From Candidatus Muiribacteriota bacterium (GTDB taxonomy: Bacteria > Muiribacteriota > Muiribacteriia > Muiribacteriales > Muiribacteriaceae): a DNA stretch of 46,861 nt. The notes beneath the pieces were generated by a model. The model was not told where the DNA came from, made no database searches, and saw nothing but the letters and a program-made list of their open reading frames with translations. Both the position numbers and the translations under genes were made by a program. Positions 9,227 to 19,784 of this stretch are shown one piece after another; the first letter of the stretch is position 1; each line of letters starts with the position of its first letter. The stretch covers positions 1-46,861 of the forward strand of contig JBNJGP010000008.1 of assembly GCA_051747805.1 (NCBI GenBank), read 5' to 3'.

Positions 9227-9496
9227 GGGGTCGGACCATCGATTTTTCATAAGTTTTTATTATATTACGAAGATTTTGATGTTTATAACATCAAGTTTAA
9301 ATATAGCCAAACCCCTTAACGATTTTTATTTTTAACAAATTATTGCAATTATATAGGATTTTTTAATTAATTTCATCATAAATTTTATTAAATATGTTAA
9401 TTTAAATATTTTAAATTTATTAAATTTTATTGTTTATATCATAGGTTACACCTGAAATATAAGTATAATTTTATGAAAAATCGACGCTCCGACCCC
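9227..9496. mobile_element. Non-autonomous (MITE/REPIN-like) element bounded by the same inverted repeats as the RAYT locus
   Basis: Left end GGGGTCGGACCATCGATTTTTCAT (9227-9250), right end ATGAAAAATCGACGCTCCGACCCC (9473-9496), AT-rich non-coding filler between them. Confidence 0.75.
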
Positions 9497-9568
9497 ATCA
9501 TATTCTCTTGGTTGTGAATATTTTTTTTTATGTTATAATAAATTAGATTGAATTGAAGGAGTGCCAGT

Positions 9569-10003
9569 ATGTATAAAAAAATAAAAAAAGATATTCTAGA
9601 GGCCCGGAAATCAGGGGATAAAATTAAAACTAATCTTTTAAACACATTGATTGGCGATGCCCAGAAAGAGGCAATTAATTCAGGTAATCGTGAGCCTGAT
9701 GATAAAATTGTAAATAAACTTATTAAAAAATATTTAAAAAACACAAAAGAAACCCTGGGGCTTAAAAATAAACAGGGGATGGATATTTCGCAGGAAAAAG
9801 ATGAAAAAGAAATTCTTGAAAGCTATCTTCCGAAACAGTTAACAGAGGCTGAGCTTGAAAAAATTGTTTCCGAACTTGTTGACCAACTGCCTGAAAAAAA
9901 CAAAAAATTTATGGGCCAGATTATGAAAAGTCTGAAACAAAAATATGACGGTGCTTTTGACGGTAAAACAGCAAGCTCTATTGTTGGTAAAAAGTTAAGT
10001 TGA
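9569..10003 (+). CDS. GatB/YqeY domain protein
   Basis: EKEILESYLPKQLTEAEL, MGQIMK, DGK motifs. Confidence 0.9.
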   Translation: MYKKIKKDILEARKSGDKIKTNLLNTLIGDAQKEAINSGNREPDDKIVNKLIKKYLKNTKETLGLKNKQGMDISQEKDEKEILESYLPKQLTEAELEKIVSELVDQLPEKNKKFMGQIMKSLKQKYDGAFDGKTASSIVGKKLS

Positions 10004-10048
10004 TTTAAATATCAACACTTTTAATATTTTTTTTTAAAGGAGAAAAAG

Positions 10049-11326
10049 ATGAAAACAAAAATTATTCTAGTACTATTTTGTCTGCTGATATCTGTAACTG
10101 TTTTTTCAGATTCTCAGGCAAAAAACGTTATCATTCTAATAGGGGATGGCATGAGTTATTCAACTAATACTCTGGCTAGAGTGATAAATGACGGTCAATT
10201 ATCCATGGATGAATTCCCGGTAACTGGCTCGATAACAACCCATTCCAAAAATCACTTAATAACCGATTCGGCAGCTGCAGGAACTGCCATTTCAACGGGA
10301 CATAAAACAGCTAATGGTCTGGTAGGTGTTCTACCGGATGGGACAAAATTAAAAAATCTTACAGAGGCCGCACAGGAACTTGGCAAAAAAACTGGTATTG
10401 TTACAACTACAACAATTAGTCATGCAACTCCAGGTTCATTTTCTGCTCATATTCCAAATAGAGGTCATCAGTATGATATTGCCAAACAACAAATGCAATC
10501 TGGAATTGATATCTTAATGGGTGGTGGTATGAGATATTTTAAAGAGCTTCTGGATGATGCTGAAAAAAAAGGATATGATGTGGTAAAAAATAGGTCCGAA
10601 CTTGTTAAAACTACAAATACTAAAGTTCTGGGTATTTTTGAGGAGTTTCACTTAAACTACGATTTAGACAGAGAACTCGGAGAACCTTCCCTAGCACTTA
10701 TGGTAAGAAAATCTATTGATCTTCTAGACGAGGATGATAATGGATTCTTTTTAATGGTTGAAGGCGGCCGAATAGATCATGCAGGTCATTCCAATGATCC
10801 AGTTGGCGCAATTTATGACACTTTTGCTTTTGACAGAGCAGTTAAAGAAGCTTTAGATTATGGAAGAAGAAATAAAGACACCCTTGTAGTAGTTTTAAGT
10901 GACCACGAAACAGGTGGCTTAGTGCTTGGAAGAGATGGATATAATTATAAACCTGAAGTTATAAAAGGATTTAGATATACTCCTGATAAAATAATGGGGA
11001 TGCTTGATGAAGCTTTTGTTGATCTTAAAGAAAAACTTGAATTATATACCGATTATGACTGGAAAGACGATATTATTGATGAAATTATGGAATTAAAAGA
11101 TACCAAAAGACCTACCAGATGGAGTGAAGGTGGTCTGGCAACGGCTCTTTTTGTAAGACTCATTAACAGTGAGGCAAATATTGACTGGACAACAAACGAT
11201 CATGCTGGTGGCGAAGTTCCTGTTTTTGCTTTTGGACCTCAGGCTGAAATTTTTACAGGAACATATGATAACACCGATATTCCAAAGAAAATATCTGCAG
11301 TAGCTGGTTTATCATTAGATATTTAA
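10049..11326 (+). CDS. phoA: Alkaline phosphatase, secreted
   Basis: Signal peptide, IGDGM, TDSAAAGTA (active Ser), HATP, EGGRIDHAGH, SDHETGG. Confidence 0.93.
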   Translation: MKTKIILVLFCLLISVTVFSDSQAKNVIILIGDGMSYSTNTLARVINDGQLSMDEFPVTGSITTHSKNHLITDSAAAGTAISTGHKTANGLVGVLPDGTKLKNLTEAAQELGKKTGIVTTTTISHATPGSFSAHIPNRGHQYDIAKQQMQSGIDILMGGGMRYFKELLDDAEKKGYDVVKNRSELVKTTNTKVLGIFEEFHLNYDLDRELGEPSLALMVRKSIDLLDEDDNGFFLMVEGGRIDHAGHSNDPVGAIYDTFAFDRAVKEALDYGRRNKDTLVVVLSDHETGGLVLGRDGYNYKPEVIKGFRYTPDKIMGMLDEAFVDLKEKLELYTDYDWKDDIIDEIMELKDTKRPTRWSEGGLATALFVRLINSEANIDWTTNDHAGGEVPVFAFGPQAEIFTGTYDNTDIPKKISAVAGLSLDI

Positions 11327-11333
11327 ATATAAT

Positions 11334-11361
11334 GCAGGCTCAGCAATGAGTCTGCTTTTTT
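11334..11361 (+). terminator. Rho-independent terminator
   Basis: GCAGGCTCA-GCAA-TGAGTCTGC followed by a T run, just after the phosphatase stop. Confidence 0.8.
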
Positions 11362-11382
11362 ATATCTACCCCGTTTTAATTA

Positions 11383-14300
11383 TCAAAAAAGGTTTTGAAT
11401 TTCTTTTGTCTGGGCGCGAAAAATAGATTTTTCAAGGTTTTCATCAAATTGTATTTTCTGATTATTTTTTATTTCATATTCCAGTTTTAAAAATTCATTT
11501 TTATCAAAAGATGTAGTTTTAATTTTAAGCATATAAATTAAATTAAAACAGTTCATTATTGAATGCTGTTTTAAGTCAGAAAGACATATAAGCTGCGTTT
11601 TATATTTTTTTGCAATTTCAAAAAGCGGTGTTAATAAATGTTCTGATGAAACAGGACCAAACGGATTATCCATTATCAGCACCCTGGTATCTTTTAACTT
11701 ATCGACCTCGGCATTTTCCATTGTGTTTTCGCGAATATACGACATTAAAGCGGATATAACAGCAAAAAACACTACAAATTTTTCTCCGCCTGAGTTTTCG
11801 CTTACTGCTTTCTCCCACAATTTATGGCCGCTAGCTTTATGATTTAAATCTATTTTATAAACAAAAACTGGAATCGAAGTTAAATTTGTATATTTATTTA
11901 AAAGTTCACGGCTGGACATTAATCTGTTAATTGTTTTCATAATCTGCTGCTGACTTAAACCCTTCCGGATTTCTTCTCTTACATTTTCGATAGTGTTTTC
12001 AATATGTTTTTGTGTTCTTTCTAAAGCCTGTTTTTGATTATCGATCTCAATATTTATTTTTATCATTTCAACTGGTCGCATACGGCCAGGTATTTTAACT
12101 GTAGAATTTTTTGAAATTTTTATAAGCTGATTAAATATTCTTTCACCATGAAGATAACTTTGATAAATCACATCCTTTTTATTTTTTTCCAGATTTTGAA
12201 GTCGGTTTTCGTAAATTCGAACAAGTTCCTTTATTTTTTCCTGATTCTGTTTCACTCTTTCATACAGATAATAATAATCCTCATAGTTTTTATTTTCTTT
12301 TAAAATAATTGAATCAAGACCAAAAAATAATTTCTGTATATTTTTATTTTTTTCTTTAAATTCATTTTTAATCAAATTATAATTAAAATTAATTACTTTA
12401 TTTTCCTCGCGATAAATTTCATTTTTAAGTTTTAAATATTCTGATTTTAAAATTTCATAATCTTTTTTAAGGTTAATTTCTTTATCAAAATTTATATTTA
12501 TTTCATTTTTTGGCAACCCTAAATCATTAATAGAAGAATAAATTTTTTCTAAGTTAATAAGCTCTTGGTTTATTTGTTTATTTTCATTTTCAATACTGGA
12601 TTTTTTATTTTTTAATTTTTCGCGTCTAACTTTAAAATCCCCATAAATTTTTTTATATGGAATCGCTGCCACAAATCCAAGTTTTTTAATTTCTTCAACA
12701 CAAAATTCAAGTGCTTTTTTTTCACCCGCAAGAACCCTTTCAGCCTTAATTTCAGTTTCTTTTAAAGCTGATTTTTTATTATTTAATTCTTCTATCTCAA
12801 TAATTATATTTTCATAATCTTTTTTTTCCCAGGAAAGATTTAAATAATCTTTCTTTTCAACTTTTATTTTTTTTAACTGACTTTCAAAGTTAATAATATT
12901 TTCACATATTTCTTCTTTTCTTTGATTTAAAAAACTTAAATCGGCTTCATACTGATTTTTTAAAGAGTTTAATCTATTTTCAAGCTCGGAAATATCACCT
13001 TCAATAATTTCGTTTTCTGCAACTTCATCATATTTTTTTAATAAAATTTTTGTTTTTTCAATATTGTTTTCAATTTTTTCAATATCTTGTTTTAATTTAA
13101 ACTTAGAATTTGTTAAACCTAGAATTTTTTCTGACTTTTCTTTTATTTCAGCTTCATTTAGGTTGATTTTATCTGAAAGATTTTTTAAATTCAGGCAATT
13201 TTCTTCAAATAAAAGATTTTTATTTTTAAACTCATCAAAAATCTCTAATTTCTGCTTTCCCTTTTGTTGCTTTTTCTCTAAATCAAGGTTTTCATGCTCT
13301 TTTTTTTTACATTGAATTTGTGTTTTTTTTATTTTATCTTCGATAGCATTAAATTCCTGAATAATTTTATTAAATTCTTTTCTGTTATGACTTAACATAT
13401 TTTGCTGATTCTGTAGATAATCTGCTGAAAAATCAAACTCTGAAACTGAATTTTTTTCTTTATAAAGATTATTTATACACTGCTGGAAATTCTGTATTTT
13501 TTCTTTTTCTCTTTTTACGTTCAACTGTAATTCCTGTATTAGTTCAAGTTTATTGTCATTATTAAATAGTTTATTTTCAAAATTTGAAAAAAAGTAAAGT
13601 TTTTCAATATTTGAAACCCTGTTTTCAAAATTTATACTCATTTCTATATCTTCAAATAATAACACAGGCACAATACACTCAATAAAATGATTGATTTTAA
13701 GTGATTTAAGTTTTTCTAGATTTTGTGTGTCAAAAATCAGCGAATAAGGCAGCAATGGATTTTTTTCCTTAAGCTCAGCTGCAATTTTTTTATTTTGATT
13801 AAGTAGATATTTTTCGCCTGTGTCAAAATTAATATCATTTTTTATTAATAAATCAATAATATTCTTTTGAATATGAAGCTGATTATTATTTATTCCATGT
13901 ATAATTTTTAAAATCTGATCATTTTCTAATCTGGCGTTATGCTTTTTTTCTTCAAACTCATGAATTTTAAAATTAAAAAGTTTAACACAGTATTCATTAT
14001 TAAATCTTCTGGTAAAATCAAACTCGTATTTATCGAAAATCCTTTTTAATTTTTTTTCCTGCTTATTGTAATTTTTAATATTTTCTTTATTAATATTAAC
14101 ATGATTTAGTTTTTCAACCTTCTGAGATTCAAGTTTTTTTAATTTCATATTGCTTTGATTTAATTGGTTTTGATTTTTTTCCAGTTCTGCGGAATTTTGT
14201 TTTATTTGATTATGAAGTTTTAAACATTCACTTTTTAAAAAATTATTTGTGTTTTCAAAAAACGAAGGTTCAATATTTCCTAAAATATTTCGCTGAATTT

Positions 14301-15789
14301 TAATATTTAATTTTCCTTCTATACTTCCAGCATAATCTTTAAACATTTCTATAGCGGATCTAACCGCCCCCTTCTGTTCTCTTAAATAATCAAGCTCTGA
14401 TTGAATTTTTATTATATCATCATTTGAACTTTCAATATTATTACAGACATCTTCAACCTTATTTTTTAAATTTTCGTATTCTTTTTCTAAAAATTTATAC
14501 TTTTGCTCATAATTAATTTTCAAACTATATTCCAGTTTTGCTACCTCATCTTTGAAATTAAAATTATCCTCAAAACTTTTTAATTTTTGATTTATACCAG
14601 CTAAAAAAGCATTATTTTTTTGAATTTTATTATTTAACTGCGAAGCTTTCATGCAATTTTTAAAATACTTTTTTGAATTTAAAATTTCAGAGATTTCATC
14701 AGTTTCTTTGTTTAAAAAATCTATTTCACCCATCAGTTCATCACATTTTGATTTATAATTGTAAAAATGAAGGCTTCTTTCTTCAAAATCAATTAAATTT
14801 AAAGAACTTTCACAATCAGATAAAATTTTATAATTATTATCAAGAGTATTTTTTAATTTTTCAATATTATTAAAACAGAAAGCTTTTAATCTATTAAGTT
14901 TTTGAATCAAAACATTTAACTTTTCAATTTTAGAGGCAAATTTTTCAAGTTCCTGGCTAAAATCCTCAAGTTTAATTAAAAATTTCCCAAGAATATTTTT
15001 TTCAATAATAAAACGTTCGTTTGAAATAATTTCATCTAATAGATTTTTCATCATCATACTTAGATTAAGTGATGATTTTTTATCTTTAAACAATACTTTT
15101 AAAATAGTTTTATTTAAAAACCACTCATTAATGAGTTGATCAGATGTTCTGCACTTTTGAAAAATCTCTTCAAGCCCACCCTCACTATCATTTATGCCCT
15201 TTATAATATTATTCCATTCATTTGCTGAAATTCCATATTCACCAATATGCTGACGATAACTTTCCATATTATCATCTCTAAAAACTCTGAAATCAAAAGC
15301 GGGGTTTCTTTCTTTTTCTTCCATAATTTTACATGTTTCTTTAAAACCTGGCAGATTAATAATTTTTCCAGATTTTTGAATAATCTTTAGATTTTGAATA
15401 TCCCATGAATTAGCTTCAGAATACAATACAGTGAAAGTAAAAAATCTTAACTTCTGATTTTTTTCACCATCAAGCTGAGTAGTTTCAAAATTCTCACATA
15501 CAAAACCAGTTAAAAGGTAATTATCAGAATAATCCAGTTTCCATTCAGCTAACAAAAAAGTGGGTTGCTTTTTATTTTTAAAAAAATCCTCAAACTTTCT
15601 TCCCTGAATTTTAGCTTTAGGCACAACTACCTGAAGCATAAGCTGAACAAGAACACTTTTTCCGCCACCGTTTGCAAGACTTAATAGAGCATTTTCACCC
15701 CCAAAAAAATTAAAGGTTTCGTCAACAATATGCCGGTTATCATTATTATAAGAAAAATTTATAATTCTGAACCTGTTAATTTTTGGCAT
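11383..15789 (-). CDS. jetC: Wadjet type III SMC-like ATPase JetC
   Basis: N-terminal Walker A LANGGGKS, long coiled coils, signature NSGGE, Walker B region LIMDNPFG; last gene of a four-gene block. Confidence 0.85.
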   Translation of the reverse strand: MPKINRFRIINFSYNNDNRHIVDETFNFFGGENALLSLANGGGKSVLVQLMLQVVVPKAKIQGRKFEDFFKNKKQPTFLLAEWKLDYSDNYLLTGFVCENFETTQLDGEKNQKLRFFTFTVLYSEANSWDIQNLKIIQKSGKIINLPGFKETCKIMEEKERNPAFDFRVFRDDNMESYRQHIGEYGISANEWNNIIKGINDSEGGLEEIFQKCRTSDQLINEWFLNKTILKVLFKDKKSSLNLSMMMKNLLDEIISNERFIIEKNILGKFLIKLEDFSQELEKFASKIEKLNVLIQKLNRLKAFCFNNIEKLKNTLDNNYKILSDCESSLNLIDFEERSLHFYNYKSKCDELMGEIDFLNKETDEISEILNSKKYFKNCMKASQLNNKIQKNNAFLAGINQKLKSFEDNFNFKDEVAKLEYSLKINYEQKYKFLEKEYENLKNKVEDVCNNIESSNDDIIKIQSELDYLREQKGAVRSAIEMFKDYAGSIEGKLNIKIQRNILGNIEPSFFENTNNFLKSECLKLHNQIKQNSAELEKNQNQLNQSNMKLKKLESQKVEKLNHVNINKENIKNYNKQEKKLKRIFDKYEFDFTRRFNNEYCVKLFNFKIHEFEEKKHNARLENDQILKIIHGINNNQLHIQKNIIDLLIKNDINFDTGEKYLLNQNKKIAAELKEKNPLLPYSLIFDTQNLEKLKSLKINHFIECIVPVLLFEDIEMSINFENRVSNIEKLYFFSNFENKLFNNDNKLELIQELQLNVKREKEKIQNFQQCINNLYKEKNSVSEFDFSADYLQNQQNMLSHNRKEFNKIIQEFNAIEDKIKKTQIQCKKKEHENLDLEKKQQKGKQKLEIFDEFKNKNLLFEENCLNLKNLSDKINLNEAEIKEKSEKILGLTNSKFKLKQDIEKIENNIEKTKILLKKYDEVAENEIIEGDISELENRLNSLKNQYEADLSFLNQRKEEICENIINFESQLKKIKVEKKDYLNLSWEKKDYENIIIEIEELNNKKSALKETEIKAERVLAGEKKALEFCVEEIKKLGFVAAIPYKKIYGDFKVRREKLKNKKSSIENENKQINQELINLEKIYSSINDLGLPKNEININFDKEINLKKDYEILKSEYLKLKNEIYREENKVINFNYNLIKNEFKEKNKNIQKLFFGLDSIILKENKNYEDYYYLYERVKQNQEKIKELVRIYENRLQNLEKNKKDVIYQSYLHGERIFNQLIKISKNSTVKIPGRMRPVEMIKINIEIDNQKQALERTQKHIENTIENVREEIRKGLSQQQIMKTINRLMSSRELLNKYTNLTSIPVFVYKIDLNHKASGHKLWEKAVSENSGGEKFVVFFAVISALMSYIRENTMENAEVDKLKDTRVLIMDNPFGPVSSEHLLTPLFEIAKKYKTQLICLSDLKQHSIMNCFNLIYMLKIKTTSFDKNEFLKLEYEIKNNQKIQFDENLEKSIFRAQTKEIQNLF

Positions 15790-15910
15790 TATAATATATC
15801 CCCTGAATTAGCTTATAAATAATTTATGCACAAAAAATTATATCATTTAAAGTTAGTTTGAACAATATTTAATTTTTTTTGTAAAATCAAAGCTTTTTCA
15901 AATCATCATT

Positions 15911-16597
15911 CTACTTATCCCAAATTTGATTTATTTCTTGAATACGTTCTTCGTTTAAATAATAATTTATCATTAAATCATCAAGTTTTTGTGTTGGGCG
16001 TATTTCTTTATTGTCATCAATTAGTTTTATTAAATTTTCTCTTTGAAGAAGTCTACAAACGCTGAGAATTGTTCCGGTTTTTGTTTTTAGTTTACCTTCT
16101 TCATATTCCTGCTTGCTGTCCCATAATTGGGCAATCTTTGAAAAATTTAAACTGTATTTTTCTTCAATGTCTTTTGTTTTTTCCTGATTTTTAAGAACAA
16201 CGGAAAAATTTTCATCTAATTTCTCTATAAGTTGAGTAACCCTTAAAAATTCCCTTTGTTTAGGGTCTCTGTTTTTTCCTCCGTAAAACAGGCTGAAAAT
16301 TAACATAGAAATATAAGAAAGCAAAAATGCATCTGAAAGTCTTGCTGAGCTTGAAATCCATTCTCTAAAATCTTTATTTGTAAATCCAAGTAGTTCATTA
16401 GATGTCTGAGGTATCAAATAGACAGTTTCACCAGCTTCGACTATTTTAAAATCAAGCTCTTCTTCAAAAGTATATAAAACTTCCCTGATTTCAGGAGTTT
16501 TAAAATCAATAAAATGCTCTATATCCTTATCTTTATTAATCTGACCGTTTTTCAGCAAATTTTTAAAAATTTTTATAGCCGTTTTTAATTCAGTCAT
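15911..16597 (-). CDS. jetB: Wadjet type III JetB (KITE-like, DUF6063-like)
   Basis: 228 aa, with the size and position expected between a JetA-like gene and the SMC gene; VYLIP...LLGF motif. Confidence 0.72.
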   Translation of the reverse strand: MTELKTAIKIFKNLLKNGQINKDKDIEHFIDFKTPEIREVLYTFEEELDFKIVEAGETVYLIPQTSNELLGFTNKDFREWISSSARLSDAFLLSYISMLIFSLFYGGKNRDPKQREFLRVTQLIEKLDENFSVVLKNQEKTKDIEEKYSLNFSKIAQLWDSKQEYEEGKLKTKTGTILSVCRLLQRENLIKLIDDNKEIRPTQKLDDLMINYYLNEERIQEINQIWDK

Positions 16598-18189
16598 AAA
16601 TCCACCTCTATTAAATAATCATTAACAGTTACTTTATGGGAAATTTTCATTTCATTTTCTTTTAACTCAAATTCATAATCAAACAATAAATCTTCTTTTT
16701 TAGATACCTTGAATTTTTGAATATTATATAAATCCTGTTTTTCTTTCTCAATTTGAAATAAACAATAGGAAATATCAAATTCTCCTGAAATATTCAAAAT
16801 AATATCTTCTTTATCATCTTTCCATTTTTTTAAATTAATTTCTCCGGTTTCATATAATCGCAGCATTGTTTTAAAAATTCTATGCTCTTTTAAAAAAATT
16901 TCAAAGTTAGAATTCTGTTCTTTAATATATTCCATTAACTGTGATAATCTGAATTTTTTATGTGAAATTCCATAAGTTAAAATACATTGAATTATTGTTT
17001 TAAAAACCTTATTCCTTTCTATAGCCTTTTCTTTTTCAATATCTTTTTCAAACTCGTCATGCTGAATAAGATTATAATTACTTTCTTTTTTTTCCTCTCT
17101 AAGTCGGCTTTGTTTATCATAAAGCTTTAAAATATTCAAATACTTTTTCACATCAGTCTTGAATAAAGGATTAAAAAGTTTCCACAACTCATGAATTTTA
17201 TCTTCTTCTATTTTTTCAAGTAATCGTATTATCTCAGTTTCAATATCAAATCTTTTCTGAATAGTATGGGCAAAAGAATCTCCTATAGTATTAATATAGA
17301 TTTTTGATAAATTATGACGGTTTAAAATCAAACTCTGCTGCTCGTTAATAGTTGTTTCGATATTTTTTTTAATCTGCCTGATCTCTTTTTTAGCCTTTAT
17401 AAGAGTTTCATGATTTTCAAAATCATTATTTTCAGAATTTAATCTATTCTCAGCCTGTTTAATCATTTTTTTAATTTCTTCCATGGTTTCATATTCTTCC
17501 TGAAGCAGTTCATATGTGGTTTTTATAATTTTTTCATAATCACTTACGTTAACAAAATATATATTTTCTTTTATTTTCTGAATAAAAATTAAAATATCAT
17601 TTTTTTTCTGCCTCACCATTTGAATTAAACTTTTACTCTGATTTAAGGCTTTTTTGTAATTTTTTCTTTTAATAAGTTCTCTTAACTTAAACTCTTCAAT
17701 CGTGAAAGATATTTCATCATCAACTTCTTTGGTTCTAAATAAAAAATCATAACCCTGCTCAGTAAGAAAATATATAATTTTATACCCTTTTTCTGTTTCA
17801 ATTATTTTATCTGAAATCAACCTTACCGAATATTCAGACATACCATGATTATAATTCATAATATTAAAAATTCGTCTTTCTCCCCTATTTTGCAGAATAT
17901 CCTTGATAATATAATTAGCAAGCTCTAAAGAAACTATATTCTCAGCAGAATAGTGTTCCAGTAAAGTCTTTAAATAATTAGATATATTCAAAATCGTGCA
18001 TTGTTCATCTTCTGAAAGAGTTTTATCCATAATATAAACAAGCACAGAAAAAATAACATTTTCTATTTCGCCGGCATTAAATTTATTTTCAAGTTCTAAA
18101 TTCTTATTTTTACGATTAATAATAGAATCAATAGCACCAACTATATGCATTCTTTTTTCAAAACTATCCAGAAATTCAAATTTAATCAT
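16594..18189 (-). CDS. jetA: Wadjet type III JetA (kleisin-like)
   Basis: 531 aa, winged-helix-like N-terminus ending YFLTEQGYDFLFRTKE, helical middle, operon position. Confidence 0.72.
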   Translation of the reverse strand: MIKFEFLDSFEKRMHIVGAIDSIINRKNKNLELENKFNAGEIENVIFSVLVYIMDKTLSEDEQCTILNISNYLKTLLEHYSAENIVSLELANYIIKDILQNRGERRIFNIMNYNHGMSEYSVRLISDKIIETEKGYKIIYFLTEQGYDFLFRTKEVDDEISFTIEEFKLRELIKRKNYKKALNQSKSLIQMVRQKKNDILIFIQKIKENIYFVNVSDYEKIIKTTYELLQEEYETMEEIKKMIKQAENRLNSENNDFENHETLIKAKKEIRQIKKNIETTINEQQSLILNRHNLSKIYINTIGDSFAHTIQKRFDIETEIIRLLEKIEEDKIHELWKLFNPLFKTDVKKYLNILKLYDKQSRLREEKKESNYNLIQHDEFEKDIEKEKAIERNKVFKTIIQCILTYGISHKKFRLSQLMEYIKEQNSNFEIFLKEHRIFKTMLRLYETGEINLKKWKDDKEDIILNISGEFDISYCLFQIEKEKQDLYNIQKFKVSKKEDLLFDYEFELKENEMKISHKVTVNDYLIEVDL

Positions 18190-19248
18190 TTAATTTAATC
18201 CTTTGATTATACCCGATAATATGGAGTAGTTAATTATTTCTTGAGGTATATATTTACCTGAATTTAAAATATTTTTTATTACTTCTAACTCCTCATTACT
18301 GAATTGCTTATAAAAACCTTTATAATTATCTGGAAGATTTCGATTGCTTAGAGAAACTGGAAGATTTAAACCTGTTGCCTCGTCAAGCATTTGCAAATAT
18401 AATTTTTTGTGCAAAAACAAGTCTAAATCAGGATTTGCTTTTAAAATTCTAAGATAAATTCCAATACCTTCAAAATCTAGATCACCAAAATAATAATAAT
18501 TAACAAATTCCACTTTTTTATGCTCTTTTAATCCAAATAAATGTTCAGTCAATGCACCTTTTTTTGTGATTTTATTACCTTCACCATATAATAACCCATT
18601 AATCACTTTATTAAAAACTACTGATTTACCAACTTCTTTAAATAATTTTCGAAAAGTAAACCATGTATCTTTATTTTCAATAATAAGAATATTCATTTCA
18701 CGCTCGAATTTTGATATATATTCAAAAAAAGGTTCAAAAGTTTCATAATAATTTAAAAAATGGGAATTTAAATTGTTCCATCTCAAAACTTCTTTAATTA
18801 AAGAAAAATTATTATCAATGAATTTTTCCTGCTGCCATATAGAAAAAGAACGCTCTTTTTTTGACATTTTTTTTTCAAGTAATTCGTTTTTTTCCCATAA
18901 ATATTTGCTTAATTTATTTAATACCACCATATGCTTAACATATTTTTCGGGTTTTTTAAGATACTTATCAATGTCAAAAACAGGTTTTAATTTTTTAATA
19001 TCATCAAAGTAATTTGAAAAATCAACTTCAGGTTTTAAAATTCTATACTTATTATAAAGTGGTTTAGAAATATTACCATTTGTTTTTGAAGCCTTAATTT
19101 TTAAAAGAATTCTAGATTCCTCTAAAGTTTTTATTGTAGAATATAAATTATAATAATCCAGGATTTTAAATTTAATTTGAAAATCTCTTAAACTAATAGT
19201 TTTTAAAGGATATTTAAATAATTTTTTACGTATAATATTTTTATCCAC
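18190..19248 (-). CDS. jetD: Wadjet JetD Toprim nuclease
   Basis: Toprim motifs IIENKDTW and YFGDLDFEG (E and DxD), YGEG, C-terminal IPQE; GTG start. Confidence 0.85.
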   Translation of the reverse strand: MDKNIIRKKLFKYPLKTISLRDFQIKFKILDYYNLYSTIKTLEESRILLKIKASKTNGNISKPLYNKYRILKPEVDFSNYFDDIKKLKPVFDIDKYLKKPEKYVKHMVVLNKLSKYLWEKNELLEKKMSKKERSFSIWQQEKFIDNNFSLIKEVLRWNNLNSHFLNYYETFEPFFEYISKFEREMNILIIENKDTWFTFRKLFKEVGKSVVFNKVINGLLYGEGNKITKKGALTEHLFGLKEHKKVEFVNYYYFGDLDFEGIGIYLRILKANPDLDLFLHKKLYLQMLDEATGLNLPVSLSNRNLPDNYKGFYKQFSNEELEVIKNILNSGKYIPQEIINYSILSGIIKGLN

Positions 19249-19257
19249 TTCCAGCCT

Positions 19258-19767
19258 TTAAATATTTTTTAAAATTTTTTCTGCAAATTCCCTGGCAGCT
19301 TTAGGACCATTCGCGGTAATGATATTTGAATCTATCACAACTGGTTTATCAATAAAATTTGCTCCACTTTTTTGAATATCTTCTTTACCATCGATCCAGA
19401 CAGTGGCGTTTTTTCCCTTTAAAAGACCTGCATTTGCCAGAACAACCGGTGAAATACAAATAGCCGCAATTAACTTATTTTTATTATTAAAATTTTTAAG
19501 AATATTATGAATTTTTTTATCATTAAAATAAAATTTTGTTCCCGGTCCTCCAACAAACATAATTGCATCAGCTTTTTTAACATCAATATCAGTATATAAT
19601 AGCTCAGGCTCTATATGCATTCCCAGCTTCCCAACAGCCATATCTAATGAATTTGAGGTAAGAATTGAATTTATATTATTTTTATTAAAAATTCCCAGGG
19701 GAATCTTAAGTTCTTCATCTCTGAAAAGCTGATTTGCAAAAACAATGTAAATATTTTTTTGTGTCAT
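19258..19767 (-). CDS. DJ-1/PfpI family protein
   Basis: FRDEEL, FVGGPG, AAICISP (nucleophile Cys), ITANGP. Start at ATG 19767. Confidence 0.92.
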   Translation of the reverse strand: MTQKNIYIVFANQLFRDEELKIPLGIFNKNNINSILTSNSLDMAVGKLGMHIEPELLYTDIDVKKADAIMFVGGPGTKFYFNDKKIHNILKNFNNKNKLIAAICISPVVLANAGLLKGKNATVWIDGKEDIQKSGANFIDKPVVIDSNIITANGPKAAREFAEKILKNI

Positions 19768-19784
19768 ATAAACCCCTAAAAAGA

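Noticed and set aside
11655..11685. JetC Walker B reads DNPFG rather than DE, suggesting an inactive ATPase
   Set aside because: As I recall, DNPFG is the normal variant in type III JetC-like SMC proteins. The Walker A and SGGE motifs are intact.
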